From NCBI GenBank assembly GCA_000320545.1, contig ADNK01002807.1, positions 40,453 through 104,452 of the forward strand: DNA of 64,000 nt, written 5' to 3'. A program made the position numbers and the translations under genes. Under the pieces are notes generated by a model. The model had not been told where the DNA came from, searched no databases, and saw only the letters and a program-made list of their open reading frames with translations. Positions 28,308 through 43,237 of this stretch are shown here, one piece after another. Every line of letters starts with the position of its first letter. The first letter of the stretch is position 1. This DNA is from Bigelowiella natans CCMP2755 (lineage: Eukaryota; Protista; Cercozoa).

Positions 28308-28779
28308 CACTAGATTTTCTAGTTATGGGTTCTCCTCCTCCTCCTCCTCCATTGCTCCGTTACAGATGTCCTTATTTTGTTCTTCTCCATGTATGCATGT
28401 GCACATCATCATTACATGTGTTGTGTAGCACTATGAGTATTATTACTAGATCTACGACTACTTTCCTACTACTACCACTGTGTTTCGCCTGCTCGTATTT
28501 GTTTTATTAATTATTGTAGATCTACTTCATGCTGCATTGCTGGCCTGCGTCAAAGTATAACGGTTGAGTTTAGACTAATTTGGCAAATTTATGTATTTTT
28601 TTGTAGATTTTTGTAGATGATGATTGTCGCTCAGTAAGAAAGCAGTCAGATTATCATCATCATCATCATCATTATCGGCAGATGCATAGTAGATCGAAAT
28701 CATCATCCCGCCGCTGAACCGAAGACAGACGACAGCACCGCGAGTTTGCCCTCCCCTCGGACTCTTTGCTTCCCCTACC

Positions 28780-30844
28780 ATGGGAGGAGCAGGCGAAAAG
28801 CTAATGACCTTGTTGGTGGTGTTAATGGTAGAAAGGATCTCATCATCATCTTTTTTACAAGAAACTTCTTCATCGGGTGGAGGGGCAGCAAGGGCAGTCA
28901 GTGGTGTAGAAAATGGCCCCCCGTCCAACGGCGGCATTCACCACTATCATTCTGGCTTCTCTTTCAACCTTGAGATGAATCAACCAAAACGCTGCTCAGG
29001 GCCCTATCAACATCAATTCTGCATAGAGTTAGTCACTTATCTCTTTATCTCCCTCCCCTCCCCCCCCCCCCCCCCCCTTCCTCTTCTTCCCTTTCTCTCT
29101 GCCCCCCTGAGCTGCTGGTTGCTGTATACCAGGCTGAACCGAGAGGGTAAAACACAAGACTTACGCAGAAGAAACGAAGGGATTATCTGGAGTAACACAG
29201 CAGGTGTATACCGCTTTCGCAACAGCAAGGAGCAACTTAGTGATAACCGCCGCTGTCAGAGTTATAACAAAGGTGCTGTGCTTTTGGATGGAGATAGAGG
29301 CACTGCTAATAGGCGCACCACCGCTACACTGATAAGGAGTCCTCCTCACGAGTCTACTACTTCACTTATTGGGGGGGGGGTCTGGGGCTGGTGTGGTCGT
29401 GAGGAGGCAGAAGAGGGTGAAGGAAATAAACAAACTCTTCGCAATCAAAATCACCACCGCAGCGACGAAGGTAACAGCACTATGCGCGACAAAAGCCGTG
29501 CTCGATCCCTTTCAAAACGCCGCCGTAGAATTCTTTTCGAGACATCGAAAGATAGCACTGCACCTACTACTACTACTACAAATGACGATTCCCGACGAAC
29601 AGCAAAGAAAGTGACGGACGACATCATCATGGGGGGGCAAAATCCTGTGGCACAAGCAGCATCGTCGCCGTCATCATCATCCTCTATTGCCTCCTCCTTC
29701 TCCCCACCACCTATGTGCTCCTCTGCTAATGAGCGATCACCCTATTGGTTATCGAGATCGAATGGACGATGGAGTTTCCTCGGCATCAACCAACATGCAT
29801 GGCTTGTCTGGAGTCTCAATGCCTTTGCACTTGCACTCATGCGTCGTAGAGTGAGTCATCTAATAAAATAGAGAGAAAAAAGGAGAAACAAGAGAAATGG
29901 GGGGGGGGGGGGGGGGGAGTCAGGTGTTCGAAGATAATTTTTCACAGTGCATTCCGCGTTATTAGAAGTCAAGCACAGCAGAACACAAGAGTGGGTTTTG
30001 CAGCAGCAATCATCCATCCTTCGGAGTCTCTACCAATTTTTGGTTGCAATGTTACTTTTGTCCCTACCCAAAGGGCCATTATGTTTTTTTTCTGGTCTTT
30101 TTTCTGTAAATCTAAACGTTCGAAACATACACACAATTAGATGATGATGAGGATGCTCTCAGGGTTTATCATCATAGATGTTAACAATTTCTTTTTTCTT
30201 TAATTTCCCATTGGGCGTGTCTCCTCATACAGATGTTCAGAAAGGATGTGTCACAGCGTTTTGGCAAAATATTCTGCTCTATGTTCGCGTATTCTCTTTT
30301 CTTGCACCTCAAGACAATGTTCACAGATCCTGTATTATACAATAACTGACATACCGACACATCAAGGAATAACATTAATAAGTAGAAAAAGAAGACTGCT
30401 GATTTTATAGTTCAGAACAAGGGGTATAATAAGACACTAATTGATATTTTCGCTGTTGCTGGTGTCTCTCTGAATATTGATGCTGTCACACATAAAGCAT
30501 AACAAACACCTTGCAAGTAGCTACGCACAACGCAACTATGAAGTACTTTCGTTATAAACTTCAGCACACATTCCTACCAACCTACAATTATGACCAAAAT
30601 ACTTTGGTTAGTTCGTTGATTTGTTCATTTCTACACATATTATAGGGTTCCGTGCCTTCAGACATCCAAGTATTGCCTACATCTCGATCTTCCAGATGCA
30701 GATACTGCAACCTTACCGTGGTAACTTCAATTCTAACACACATATAATCTCATTCACAGCTAATTATAATGGTTGATAAGCCTTACGGACGAATCTACCA
30801 TTGCAAGTTCTGTGGTCGCTGCATCAGGTATTACTTCTCCCCCC

Positions 30845-30888
<44 letters not shown>

Positions 30889-31559
30889 AATCTGTAGTGA
30901 TGGTATAGTTTTCAGTGATACCAACCACTCATCATCGACGTCTTCGTCATCAACATCATCATAATTGCTATCATTCTCATTGATAATTGTTGCTGGTTCT
31001 AACTAGTAAAATGGATCATCACTGCGTATTTCTCAACAACTGTATCGGAATGAGAAACCACAAGATATTTATGCAGTACCTCATCGTGACACTTATAGCT
31101 ACTGGGATGTCCACATGTACGTTCTACCCATCCTCCCTACCATCCTCCCTTTCCCTATCCAAAAAGCCGAACCAATGAATATGATGGGGAGAGAGAGAGA
31201 GGGTATATTCAATCATTGTAGGATTGCTACATTATTTTCATTCGAGGCATATTTCCCAATTTGTTTCTGCGAAGTTTAACGGTTGCTATGTCAACATAAT
31301 CATCATAGCTTGCTCATAATCACTACTCTTCCTTGAACCATCACACAACAGGGGCCTCGGGGATGAGTATTATTCGCAATACACTGCTAAAAAGATGTCT
31401 TATCGATCGCCCATTTGAGACCATCGCAGTACGATTTTTATCTCATAGTAGGAGTATATCATTAGAAAATAACTAGAAAATGAACTAGTTGTAGCATCAG
31501 TTGCGGCTGAATCAGCACAAAAGCACGGGGCACGTCGTCATTATCATACTCGCATTCAC

Positions 31560-31597
<38 letters not shown>

Positions 31598-32053
31598 CTT
31601 TCATGATCAGACGGGGTTTGGAAGCATGGTGCTTCTCTATATCTTCATCGTTCTCAACGACCAGGTTTTTTAAAATATATTTGATTATGCTCTAAAGGCA
31701 TCATCATTATTGTTATAACTTTTTCTTTGTGTAAAAATCACCTTACATTGGATAAGCAGCTGGTAAATCCAATCTACCTTGGTAGCTGGAGCTTGTATTC
31801 CTATTTTTCAATTTCCCCTCCCTTCAATTATTTCATTCATCATTTAATTTTTTCTTTCCTGGGTAGCGTTTTCTTCTCGGCGATCCGATTACACACTTCG
31901 GTTCGAATCCGTGGACGTGGGCACTACCAACCACCTCCAGATGGACCAATGAGGAGCAGATGCTGGGATACACGCGTCCGAGTTTCAGAGGAATGGGGGA
32001 ATCAACAGCAATGGACGATAACAATGATGACAACACATGACGATGGCATGTAG
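28780..32053 (+). CDS. DHHC palmitoyltransferase
   Basis: Exons give [14 protein letters not shown]...RCRYCNLTV...[41 protein letters not shown]. The 5' and 3' exon structure is approximate. Confidence 0.85.
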
Positions 32054-32069
32054 ATCTCCAAAGCAATCA

Positions 32070-33036
32070 ATGCGTTCGTAATCATCCATTGCAGCTTTGC
32101 ACATGAACATCCATTGCAGCTTTGCACATGAACGCAGCACACCAGGATCTGCCGTGTGAGCATTAGCTGAATTCTGAACGAAACGAAGAACAATGATCGA
32201 AACAATCGGCATCCTTCGAGCAACGTACTTGGCGCCAGCTGTTCGCCGCAGTGGGCACGAATGTTTCATCGATCAGTGTTTGACAATTGACAATTTGCAA
32301 TGAACGCCTTGGCAAACTGAGTGTCGCTACTTGATTTGCAGGCTCGATGTGCTTGCAATTGCACGTCTGGTGAAACGATTGAATTTGGGAATGAGGAGTG
32401 AGCTTCAAACTTTGACGTGCGTTCGTTGGTCCCGCCTCATTGTTGTGAGTTCGCACACCCAACTTCGACCATGCAGCACGTGCACTCCAGCACTGTCAGA
32501 GCGATGGCCATCACCAACCTTGCGCTGTGCGTGTGCTGTTCACTTTGAACGCTGAAATTGCCGGGTTTAGCCCACTCATGCCAGCGACTGCAGGCAGTGC
32601 CAAATTGTGTAATTGGGTCAATGACTCAAACCAGCGAACCACTTTCTCAATCAACCAGCGTGAGCATCATGCACCATGCGTTTCAAACAAGTCACATTGT
32701 CACTGTTGCAGCTGCTGCCACCAACGAGCCAAAGCTAGAAAGAGAAATAGTTGCTGAACAAACGTGACTGCTGCAAACTCAATGCCATGCAATGGTGACA
32801 GCACAAGCTGGCAAGTGCAAAACAATGACCTGGTGTGTGCAATGCAACACTTGCACGCACGACAGCCCTCTTTCCCCCACACTGATCACTGAGGCCGCAG
32901 CCCGAGCGATTTTTCCTTCAGAATTTGGTGGGGACGTGTCTCGCAAAAGTTCGTGGAAACCTCATTGAACTTTGAACATTGAATTGACCCATTCTAGCAT
33001 TGTGTTGTCCTCACGTTGACGGGAAAAACAGATGAC

Positions 33037-33079
<43 letters not shown>

Positions 33080-33150
33080 CATCTCTCTCTCAAGAACAAG
33101 CCACTTAAACATTGGCATGCCCATGATCGTCGCAAGGTTTGATTGTCCTG
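32070..33150. other. TpA-depleted intergenic island
   Basis: Only about 6 TA seen by eye in 32240-33000, nearly all in CTA or TAG context. Confidence 0.8.
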
Positions 33151-33175
33151 CATTTTCTATTAGTCCATAGCCGGA

Positions 33176-33475
33176 ATGAAATTCTACAACTCTAAAAACT
33201 CTAAAACCACATGGATTTCATGCGTGCGACGGTAAATCTCATCAACAAAAATAGTTGCAACACAAACTAAACAAACCCTCCCCGCCTCAAGCCTCAAGCA
33301 ACTATGTCCTTTTTAAAAGGAGTTGACATCAACACAGTGTTCATTTCGGATGCAGTGAAGTCCTTGATCGCAATTGTAGACATGCTCTTACTTCTTGTTC
33401 AAATAAGTCGCAATACCTCCAATACGCTAAAAAGAATCATTCACAGGCAATGCTTCTACACCATTGTCCAATCTT

Positions 33476-33556
<81 letters not shown>

Positions 33557-36387
33557 GAGACAGAGAGAGACAGAGAGAAACATCCTTTGCATGTATGTGC
33601 GAATGAGCGTCCATAATGCTTATTCATAACTAACAGAACCTCTTTCGCTGGCTTAGTCTTCACCTTTCTGGCCTACTTTGGTTTTTGGATTACAGCTGCA
33701 CTTTTTAATCACTTCCTGATTAAGTTGTGTTTATAGGTGTAAGAGAGCCGATCGTACTCCCATGGCAACTTGTTGGATTATCCTACACTTTTTCAATAGT
33801 AAGCACATATTCATCGTCTGTTCCATGATTTGCGTTGATGCTCATCTATTTTTTGTTGGAGATGTTTTGTTTGGCTACTGGCATGATGATTGTTTACAAA
33901 ATATACATTGCAAATTACCAATCGGCAAATCTAGCAAAATTTGCACCCCGCGGATATGGAACAGTTTTTATGACTATTAATATCATAGTAGTATTAATGC
34001 AATTAGTATCTGCTGCCCTAGGTCTTGCTTTCAATAGAATTCGCTTCTTTGCTCTACGAGGGCTTGCAATATTTTTGGCATCGTTGTTCCTCTTGATTTT
34101 CTTTGAATACTCCATGATCAGTCTATATCGTATTCAATATAATCTTCTTAAAAAGTCCATAAATTCCGCGGATGAAACAACTCGAAAAGGCATTTTTGGG
34201 TTTTCATTTTTTTCCGGTAACAAACACAATGTGTCAAAGGTAGGGCCTAGTTCCAAATTAAGGTCTAAAATCAAGAACCATTCAAACACAGGGTCAGAGT
34301 ATAACACTAAAAATCGTCAAACTATTGCCGCCAAACTTCCGAAAGAAACGAGTGAGGATTCAGGAGCAGAGTCTGGTCGGAGCTCTAGAACCTCCGCACG
34401 GACTAGAGGTACCGCGAGCCCTCCCCAAGGTGTCAGCCCTCTTCATAGTTTTAAAAGGCGGAGGCGTGCAGCTAGTGATGGCCCACAGCTGACTATCTCG
34501 CCAACAAACGCTTCTACTGTCTCGCCAACTTACCCTTCTACTTCGGTACCATCTATCCCTATGTCCTCGATTTCTTTCGAACATATTCCTCCTATACCTA
34601 AAACGGAAAGTTCTGTTGGAAGAGATAGGAAAGAAAGTTTGGATGTTCCCCATTTACAAATTGTTGGAAGAGATAGGAAGGAAAGTTTGGATGTTCCCCA
34701 TTTACAAATTAACCGACAGTCGAGAGCTGAAAGCTTTGGGGAAAAAATGCAAAATATCGAACTCAGTCCCCGATTGAGTAGCGATCAAAAACCTCATCGA
34801 GCATTGTTTCCTACAAGACAATCTTCATTGGAAATAGAATCGAGCAAGTCTCATCCAGACAAAAAGGAGATGAAAGTGACAATTTGCATCGACGAGTTCA
34901 AAGAAAAAGGACCACAACGTCAAACAGGTGTTGCTGAAGATGATAACTCAGGTGTTACAAAAACTACAAAAACCACCAGTGGTTCCAACTTCCCTTCTAA
35001 GGATCTTTTCAACCAAAAAAGCAACAACAATAGCAAGCATGTGCCATTTACAGCTCCTCATATTATGGCATCTTCGAACGCATCATCGCACAGCGACAGT
35101 AGCTCTGTTGCCCCGAGTGCAAGAAACCCAGCTGCTGTACCAGGAATTCAGGGAGATACATGTACAAGTTCCTCTGCCAAAGACACCATAAAAAGTGCGT
35201 TCGTAGAGGAAAAACTAAGTGTAGATGCTAGTGAGAAAGTAACAAATAGAAATAAAGAAATTCAATACATTTCGGATACTCCTCCACCAATAAATGGGCA
35301 GCAATTTAGGAGACGTGGCCGTCCAAGAAGAGCAGCTCATCCATCGTCACATGTTCGAAAATCGTCCCGATCTCCAGCCCGAGGAAAGGTGATGGCATCA
35401 TGTTCACCTGGACGTAAACCTCCCCCAGTTAATACCCTTATGAAAAATGTTGGAAACTCTCCCCGGAATCTCCCGGGTTCCCCTTTAGCAAGGAGTTCGC
35501 TATTTCGTGGATCTCATTTCGATGCCCGGACATCCGGTCTTGATGCTCGAAAAGCTCGACGGGTAGAAATAATAGTAGTACCTTAGATCTTATGTTCAAA
35601 AAGAACACTTGCCGAATAGCATTAGGGTAGACAATGAACAATGAATAATGAATGAAGCATTGATGGAAAAACTACATGAGCAAGAACCACATGGGGTGGA
35701 AGCACATGTAGACATAATGTTATGTTTTTGATACTACAGGACCAGTCAAAGAAGGTGCTTCGGAAAATATGTACCTCAATATTGGCTGCACTTTTTATCG
35801 GCCTATTTTCCGCTACGGGTGGTCTCTACGTTGCGTATATCTGGTGGACCAGCGGTGAAGATGAAACGATAAGAGACTACTATAACCCCGCCGAGTACAA
35901 TTTTTTCCAGGATTTCTTCAGTTATGCAATCCTTTGTGTACAAACGTTTTATGTTTACTATTCGTGGGTGTCCTGGCCAACCTTTTGTTCAAAATGGTTG
36001 TGCTCCTGTTCCAGACTCAAAGACATTAATCCGACTCAGAACGAAAGACAGAGCGAGAGAAAGAGCACTGGGGTTACCATATATAATTCCATGAATCTAG
36101 CTCTATTTTCCTGTTGTTGCCGTGTTGAAGAAAAGAAATATAATACCAACAGTAACAATCAAAATATCTCTAATATGGATCACCAAAATGAACGGAAGAC
36201 AGATACAAAAAAGGAAAGCTGGAAATTTAGGAAACAAAGTGGTGCTGATGATGCAGATACAAATAACACCAACACTGTTACAAAAAAACAGAATACTGAA
36301 GACCACGAAAAGAACGCCTCTACTCCTCACAGTAAGTATAAAATAACTAGTAGTGACAGGCACATTGCAGTAATGTATGTGGACTGA
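33176..36387 (+). CDS. Multi-pass (7TM/GPCR-like) membrane protein with a very long cytoplasmic loop before the last two helices
   Basis: Long ORFs 33835-35586 and 35722-36387 are joined by an intron (~35563-35739). Hydrophobic helices flank a ~480 aa S/R/P-rich loop. The 5' exons and start are uncertain. Confidence 0.6.
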
Positions 36388-36649
36388 TGACATGACAACA
36401 ATGACAACATCAAAATGATTAATCAAAGATTTCTTGAGACAGTACTCACACCCGTACTTTCGATGCTGAAACACATAAGCGTCTCACACGGCATGTAGGC
36501 ACCACATGAAGAAACAGTTGTCCCATCTCCATTATCGGACATCAGTTCAGCAAACTAGTTCCATCGTCTGTTCATGATGCCAAGGGAGATGCTCTACATT
36601 CTTATCCGATCCTGTTTAAATTTTCTTTGTGATGCTAATGAAAATACGC

Positions 36650-37830
36650 ATTGATGAACGCAGTGGTGTGTTGCATGCTGTGCACATGATGCACAACTAC
36701 ATGCTAGCATGTAGACAATGTGTTGCGCAAATTGACAAAATTTTTGTGCATCATGTGGCATGACTTTTCAATGGTAGTCTGCACACACTGTGCGTAGCGG
36801 TCACAACTGGCACTCACCAGGCTTGAGGACTAACTGGCTAGGCCAGGATTGACACACAAAGGCAACCACGAACGTTGGCGCACATGAATCACCACACTAG
36901 CACAATGTGATCTCTGCGCACATTGTGACCGTTGTAACCATTGTGACAATCTCTAGATTGCCATGCAGCCATGACGACAGAATTCATTGGCTGCGCTAGT
37001 GCCCAACATCCATTCTAGCATTACTGTGCGTTCCACGACGATCTAGAAAGCACTGGATGAAGTGCATTGTTGTTGAATTGCTGCTACGTCTAGACGTGCC
37101 TGGCGTGCGCTTGTGCCCAACAGCTCTACATGTGGAGCTAGAGAGCTCTAGAGCTACATCTAGACATGCTAAACAAATTTTGCAACATTCTCATGCGGCG
37201 CTAACTGCTGATGCGCACATTGCGTTGATTCTTCCAACTTCTGTGAGCTTGATCCACTGTTGGGGCCGCTGGACCGAATGCTGTTTTTCAATGGGAAATG
37301 CGAATCGAACAGCATGCTGTCGAACGAAGCTTCGTTTCAACTCTAGAACTGTTCGCGAAGCTTCACGATTGTGCAAATGCGCAGATCAGATGCTGATGGA
37401 CGCAACCATGGCAAAAGCTGTTTTCACAGCCAGCTGTGCTTTTTGGGTGCAGATGTCTCTAGGTTTTTGAAACACGCAGCAGGTGGCAATTTTCGACGTG
37501 CTTGCACTTCATTGTTGTTTTGCTTGCAACCACACGCACCATTGCAGCGTGTACGTGCAGCTAAAATGCAGCTAGCTGTGCTGTGCTAGTGCCTGCTTGT
37601 GCAGACCAGGTTGAGTCAAGCAAAAGCTACTTTTTGCAGCCCGTTGTGCTGCTGCTTCATGCAACTATTCGCGAACAGTGTAATTTCAAACGAATGCAAA
37701 CGAAGCTTCGAACGTTCCATTCGCAAACAGAAGCTTCGCATTCCCCGCCCAACACTGGCTTGATCACGCAATCTCCAACGCGATGATGCATGTGTGAAAA
37801 CCATTTGCATGCGGCAAATTTGATGACAAG
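36650..37830. other. TpA-depleted, CTAG-rich intergenic island
   Basis: Between convergent genes; TA survives mainly as CTAG/CTAC. Confidence 0.75.
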
Positions 37831-38116
37831 CTCCGCTCTACTTATCTAGTTATGTGTATGAGAACGATGGAAAATTGATTTGAGCTCCGTTGTTATTCAT
37901 TACGTCATTTATTTTGCATTTCAAGCTGCCATGGTATGCCATCAAATGAGCTTGTGTGGCCACATCTAGACATGGACACGATTAGACGCTGCAATGTATG
38001 CGAATGGATTTCGACCCATGTCTTGCTTCAACATTGCTCACAACGTGAAATAACCACATCGATTTTTGACATAGAGAGCTGCTTCTTCCCGCAAAGCACT
38101 TAAGTCTCGTTTCATG

Positions 38117-40456
38117 TCATTGATGACCTTCATTAACAGCAGAGATCATTGTACCGGGTAACATATTGGCCGTGGCGATGATGGCATTCCTTTCCGAATA
38201 ATCTTTGAAGCTATCAGTGCACGGAGTGGCAGCTTTCCACTCTTTTAAACCTGAGTAGTAAGAGTAGACATAGACTACTTCCTTTACATATGCAAATTTC
38301 TACAAGTTGGTGGGGTTTAAACGGTTGAGCATTGCACCATTCTGGCACAGTTTACTGAAACCGACGGATTGGTATCCAAAATCATATTAGAAACGAAAAT
38401 TATTGTAACAAGAATACCTCCATAGAACTCATAGAATTGCTGCTTCGTGTAAATGTTTCCGTCCACATCTGTGCGCCTTAGTGAAGCTTTGCGGATCTTC
38501 TTGACCTATAAAGTCAACAAGTTTCACCAGTTGTCACGCAATGAAGAGAAAACTTCTCACAATGCTTGTTAATACCCTTTTTGCAGTATTCCAAACACTG
38601 TGATCTCCGTAAAACTGTAGAAACTCCTCTTTTGTATATGGTTGGTTATTATTTGGATCAAAGCGCCTCTCCAGCTGCTGTTTCATCACCGTCGCCGAAT
38701 CCTCCAATGATTGGGACTTTCCATCCGATATTTCTTCATCAAATCTTGTATAAGTCTCTGCCTTTGCATCATTCCCTCTAAGTACTTTATTGATGTTGTT
38801 AAAATTAGTAAAATCCTTATTATGGTCTTTCGTAAAGCAAGGTGAAGCTTGCGTAGCCGTAGCTTTGCTGGTAATACGATCTAAGAGAAGAAGTGAGTAA
38901 GAAATGGCCAAGTAATGAAAGCAGCAGCAGCACTTAATTGGGAAAAATAGTACCAATTTTGGAATCTTCTCCTCCTTCTCTCGTCGTCATCATTTGTGTT
39001 GATGGTAAGGAAGATAAAGCGTCGGATAAAACATGTTGTGATGATGATCGGAATGGCAAAGGAACGAGACTCGTAAGCCTCCTGCAAATATCAACAACAC
39101 AGATGACATTATAGGGTACATTACTCGCTTCGTACATGATGAGGAGGAGGAGGGTACAAACTTGTTCTTTTTTCGTTGATGAGGTTGTGAAGGAGCGTTG
39201 CTGTTCATGATGCTACTTCTTGGCTGCTGCTTGATCGATGATAACAGGTTATTTTTACGTTTTTTCTCATCATCGACTTGTCCTCCTCCTCCTCCCTCAT
39301 GAGAGCACCTGTGGCTCGGACCGTCATCATCATCATCATCATCATGATCATCCCCATCATTATCATCTAGGTAGTTAGATGCCGTACTAGAAGGTAAGAT
39401 CGTTAATAATGCGTCATTATCTTCTATGCCAAGGTCGAGCTCATCGTCATCATCGTCATCATCGTCATCATCGTCGTTGCGTCGGTTTCTACCCTTCTCC
39501 ATTGAACCGATATTCGAAGAACGAAATGCAGTGATTTTAGTGTTTGCTGACTGTGAAGCTTCCTCTATGATCTTCTTTATAGCCTTTTCATCTTCACTCT
39601 CTTCATCATCGGAATCCGAAATCTCAAAGACCTGATATGTGTGTGAATTGCATTGGTGTAAAAATGACACGTGGCAGTGGAGTTACATCACATATAAATA
39701 GAATTCACTATTATTTTTGCCTCTGACTTATTTGCTCCACCTTTGTGTGAAGTATCTGCCTTTTTTGGGTGACGTCACGTTCCCTGAAATAAATAAACAT
39801 CCACAGAGAATGAGGGAGAGAAAAAAGAGAAAGAGGGATGGCTAAGAAAAGCTGTAATTATGACGTAAATATCATACAAGCTCAGCCAACCTCTGTTAAA
39901 ACGTAAATATCAAACAAACTTGTCCGACCTATGTCGCTCCTGACTTGGAGAGTAGCTATCAAGCAATTGTATTTTCTTTCCTCCTGAATTATTAACTTCT
40001 CAACAAAGCAAAAGGGCAGGAAATGGTAGAAAATGATTCAACAATACCTCCTTTTCCGCCAGCAGCATCTTTCTGTTTTACATAACTAGACACTTTTTTG
40101 TCACATTTGTGCGTCGTTCTGTCACCGTCATTTTCGTCGTCATCGTCGCTTATATCTCCAGCTACCACGAGCTTATTCATCATATTCTCAATATCACGTT
40201 CTGATGTCTTATTAAATATTTTACCCTCCTCCTCGTCTTCTGTTTCATCGCTGCTTGTATCATCGCTAAGGTCGTCTTTTGAGGCTAGAATAATAATTTT
40301 CTTTTTAAATGGTTTCGAACATTGGATATCCTTGTGATCATTTCTGTCTTCTTCCCGTTGAGCTGGTCGCCAAATACCACCTCTTCTTCTTCTTCTTCTT
40401 CTTCTAGTGTCGATAGCATCACCTACCCTACCGCTTGTCTTCCTCCTTGAACTCAT
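38117..40456 (-). CDS. Acidic low-complexity protein with two C-terminal RxDxxxxxxYTKxxFxxFYG...W repeats
   Basis: ORFs 39992-40456, 38990-39670 and 38534-38956 are linked by GT-AG introns. Repeats: RRFDPNNNQPYTKEEFLQFYGDHSVWNTA and RRTDVDGNIYTKQQFYEFYGGLKEWKAA. Stop at 38117-38119. Confidence 0.7.
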
Positions 40457-41114
40457 GCTAATAATGCAATATTATCGAAGATGCTCTTCCCATTCGCGGT
40501 TTTTGCTAAAACAGAGCAGGGTATATGGCGAAGTAGTCCTACGTAGCTTTTTATTTCTGCTCAAGTCCTCTTCAGGGTGCAGGGGGGAGGAGGAGAGCCT
40601 CCGAATGAGGGGTGTTCATGGTTGTTGTTGTTGTTGTTGTTATTGTTGTTGTTATTCGCAGATCCATCTCAGAAACATCCTCAATAAAAAGATGACTAGA
40701 TCTTAATAATACAAAAAGCAAGCACATCCGAATGTTCCTTCTCGTCTAGCATCATGCCGATCATGTAGTGTTGCAACAATTGGTACGACATCGCAAGTGT
40801 CATGTCGCAGGTAAATTATCACATAGATTTCTTCCAATTCTTGGCTTGTTTATTCTTGTCTACGAGTCTCGTACTCCCCCAACCAAGAGCTGCTCGAAGA
40901 GGAGAGATCAACAAATAGCAAATAGTAGTAGTGCAAAGAGAAAGAAGACTCCATTACAGTCACATATTTCTCCAAGAGCTGCTTAAGGAGCGATCAACAA
41001 CAGAGAGTAGTGCAAAGAGAAAGAAGACTCCATAGCAGTGCCCCCCAGTTAGAATAAACAAACATATTAGCAAACGAGGTGTTAGACCAACCAATCCCTC
41101 AGTCAAGTTTCTCA

Positions 41115-41545
41115 ATGATTGAATGGATGCTCGGTAGTCAGCGTCGTCCTTATCCCCACTGTAATCGCTATCTGTTTGAGTTTCTTTTCATTGGAATCTT
41201 CCTCTCTACCTCCACCGCGCACTACGCTGGAAAAGAAGGATGCAAGCCAACTCTTTGGCGACAAATGAAGTCAAATTTACTTCAATTGCATCGTCGTCGA
41301 ATACTTGATAGAAGTGGGTTCGAGACGCATCAATCACGAAAATTGAATGCATATTGTAGGATGCATAGGGAAGAAGAGCCTTTGTCGTCATCGTCAACTC
41401 CAACAGCACCAAAACTGGGATTCTCATTTAGTGCATCTGGTTTAATGATGCCTTATCACTGTGGGGTTGGGACTGCTCTGAGGTTGTTGCTCTTGTAGTA
41501 AGAGCTCCAATATGCTTCATTTCGCTTTTGTGATATGATGAAAAA

Positions 41546-41577
<32 letters not shown>

Positions 41578-42019
41578 AATGACGATAATGTAGGGATGCT
41601 GGATTCTTAAATGATGAGACTCCACTCTCTGGCTCGTCTGGAGGTGCAATCACAGCTGGTAGGCATATATTAATAATAACACAAAATTTTGACTCAGTGA
41701 TGACAAAATAATAGTGCAAACATTTAACATCATCAGCTGCCTTTGCGTGCGGTCTCCCTTCACACGAGATAATCAATGGCATTGAAGCAGTAGCTAAGGT
41801 TTTGGTGTGTGCAGCATATCTTCTTGTTACGTAGAAGTAACGAGCAGTGAATAGTACCTGAATTGTTTGGAGGATGACACGGAGAATAAAGGGAATGATT
41901 ATATGACGAGCAAGTCTTAGGATGATGAATTTCTTATTGAGACTTTTCTCTAACCATAAGGATTGCAGAGAAAAAGGTTCTTTTCGCAGAATGCTTATAC
42001 CGGTTAGTGATGATAGCAT

Positions 42020-42060
<41 letters not shown>

Positions 42061-42328
42061 GGGTGTGTGTGTCTGTGTGTCATATAATGACGGAGTCATT
42101 GGAACATTAAAGTAGTGGTCTGAAACACTCTCTAATTTTCTCTCTCCCTCCCTCCTTCTTCTTCTCTTTCTTTTTCTTTTAAAGTAGTCCGAGAATTTAG
42201 CTCAAACAATTACGTACGCAAATGTGTTATTATTTATTCGTGTTAAATAGGCAAGAGAATTGTGCGAAAAAGTGCTTCCAGAGGTTAGCTAGGAAGAAAA
42301 TGATACCAGCTACTACTACTACTACTAT

Positions 42329-42362
<34 letters not shown>

Positions 42363-43185
42363 GCAGTAGTAATAGAATTTCGGTCGTTCTCTCCATCGTC
42401 ATTGACATTTCCATATCATCGAAAATATATAAACCTCAACGACAATATATAACGAAGAAGAAGAAAGAGAAGGAGGAGGAGGAGGAGGAAGACTACGGCA
42501 ACATACAATGATCACGCCGTGGTTATAATCTCGTCACTTTCTAACTATGCGATGATCTCTGTGTTCTTCTTCTTCTTCTTCTTCTTCAACATATTATTAC
42601 ATTCTTCTCCTTTTTGCAAGCATTTTCTCACTATCATTATCATCATTATTGTACATTATTGTGAGTTTCTTTCATTACTGTTCCTTTAGGATGCACACCA
42701 CCTGATGAATGGCAAAACAAGAGTATCAATATTGCAGGCAATAGATCAGTAGTAGCATTAACATCAGCATTTGCGTGAAATTGTATTCACAAAAATGTAA
42801 TTAGATAATAACACTCGATGAAGTTATGAAGAGAGGCACTTGCTGTAGTCGTCGTCGTTGTCTGTGAATTAGGAAGAAAAAGAAAGTAGGAGTAGTAATA
42901 GTAATGGGTATCAGAGAAGGAAGTACTTTTGCTTGCCTACTATGCACATACGACGACTGCATTACTACTAAAGAATATTTTTTTGTGAAAATACGATAGG
43001 AATGAAAATAATTGCTTGTTTACGACTACTACTATTGCTACAACTACTACTTTCTATTAACCATCTCCACTGACTGTAGTCGATAATGCAGATCATATGA
43101 TGATGATGATGATGATGATGATGGCGCATAAGTAGAAAGAGAAGCAGGAGATAATTAGACAACAAAAATTAGCCTGTTCATTTAT

Positions 43186-43237
<52 letters not shown>

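Noticed and set aside
33826-33828. In-frame TGA just upstream of the 583-aa ORF (possible readthrough/Sec)
   Set aside because: It falls inside a plausible 63-nt intron (gtaagc at 33799 to ag at 33861) that preserves frame.
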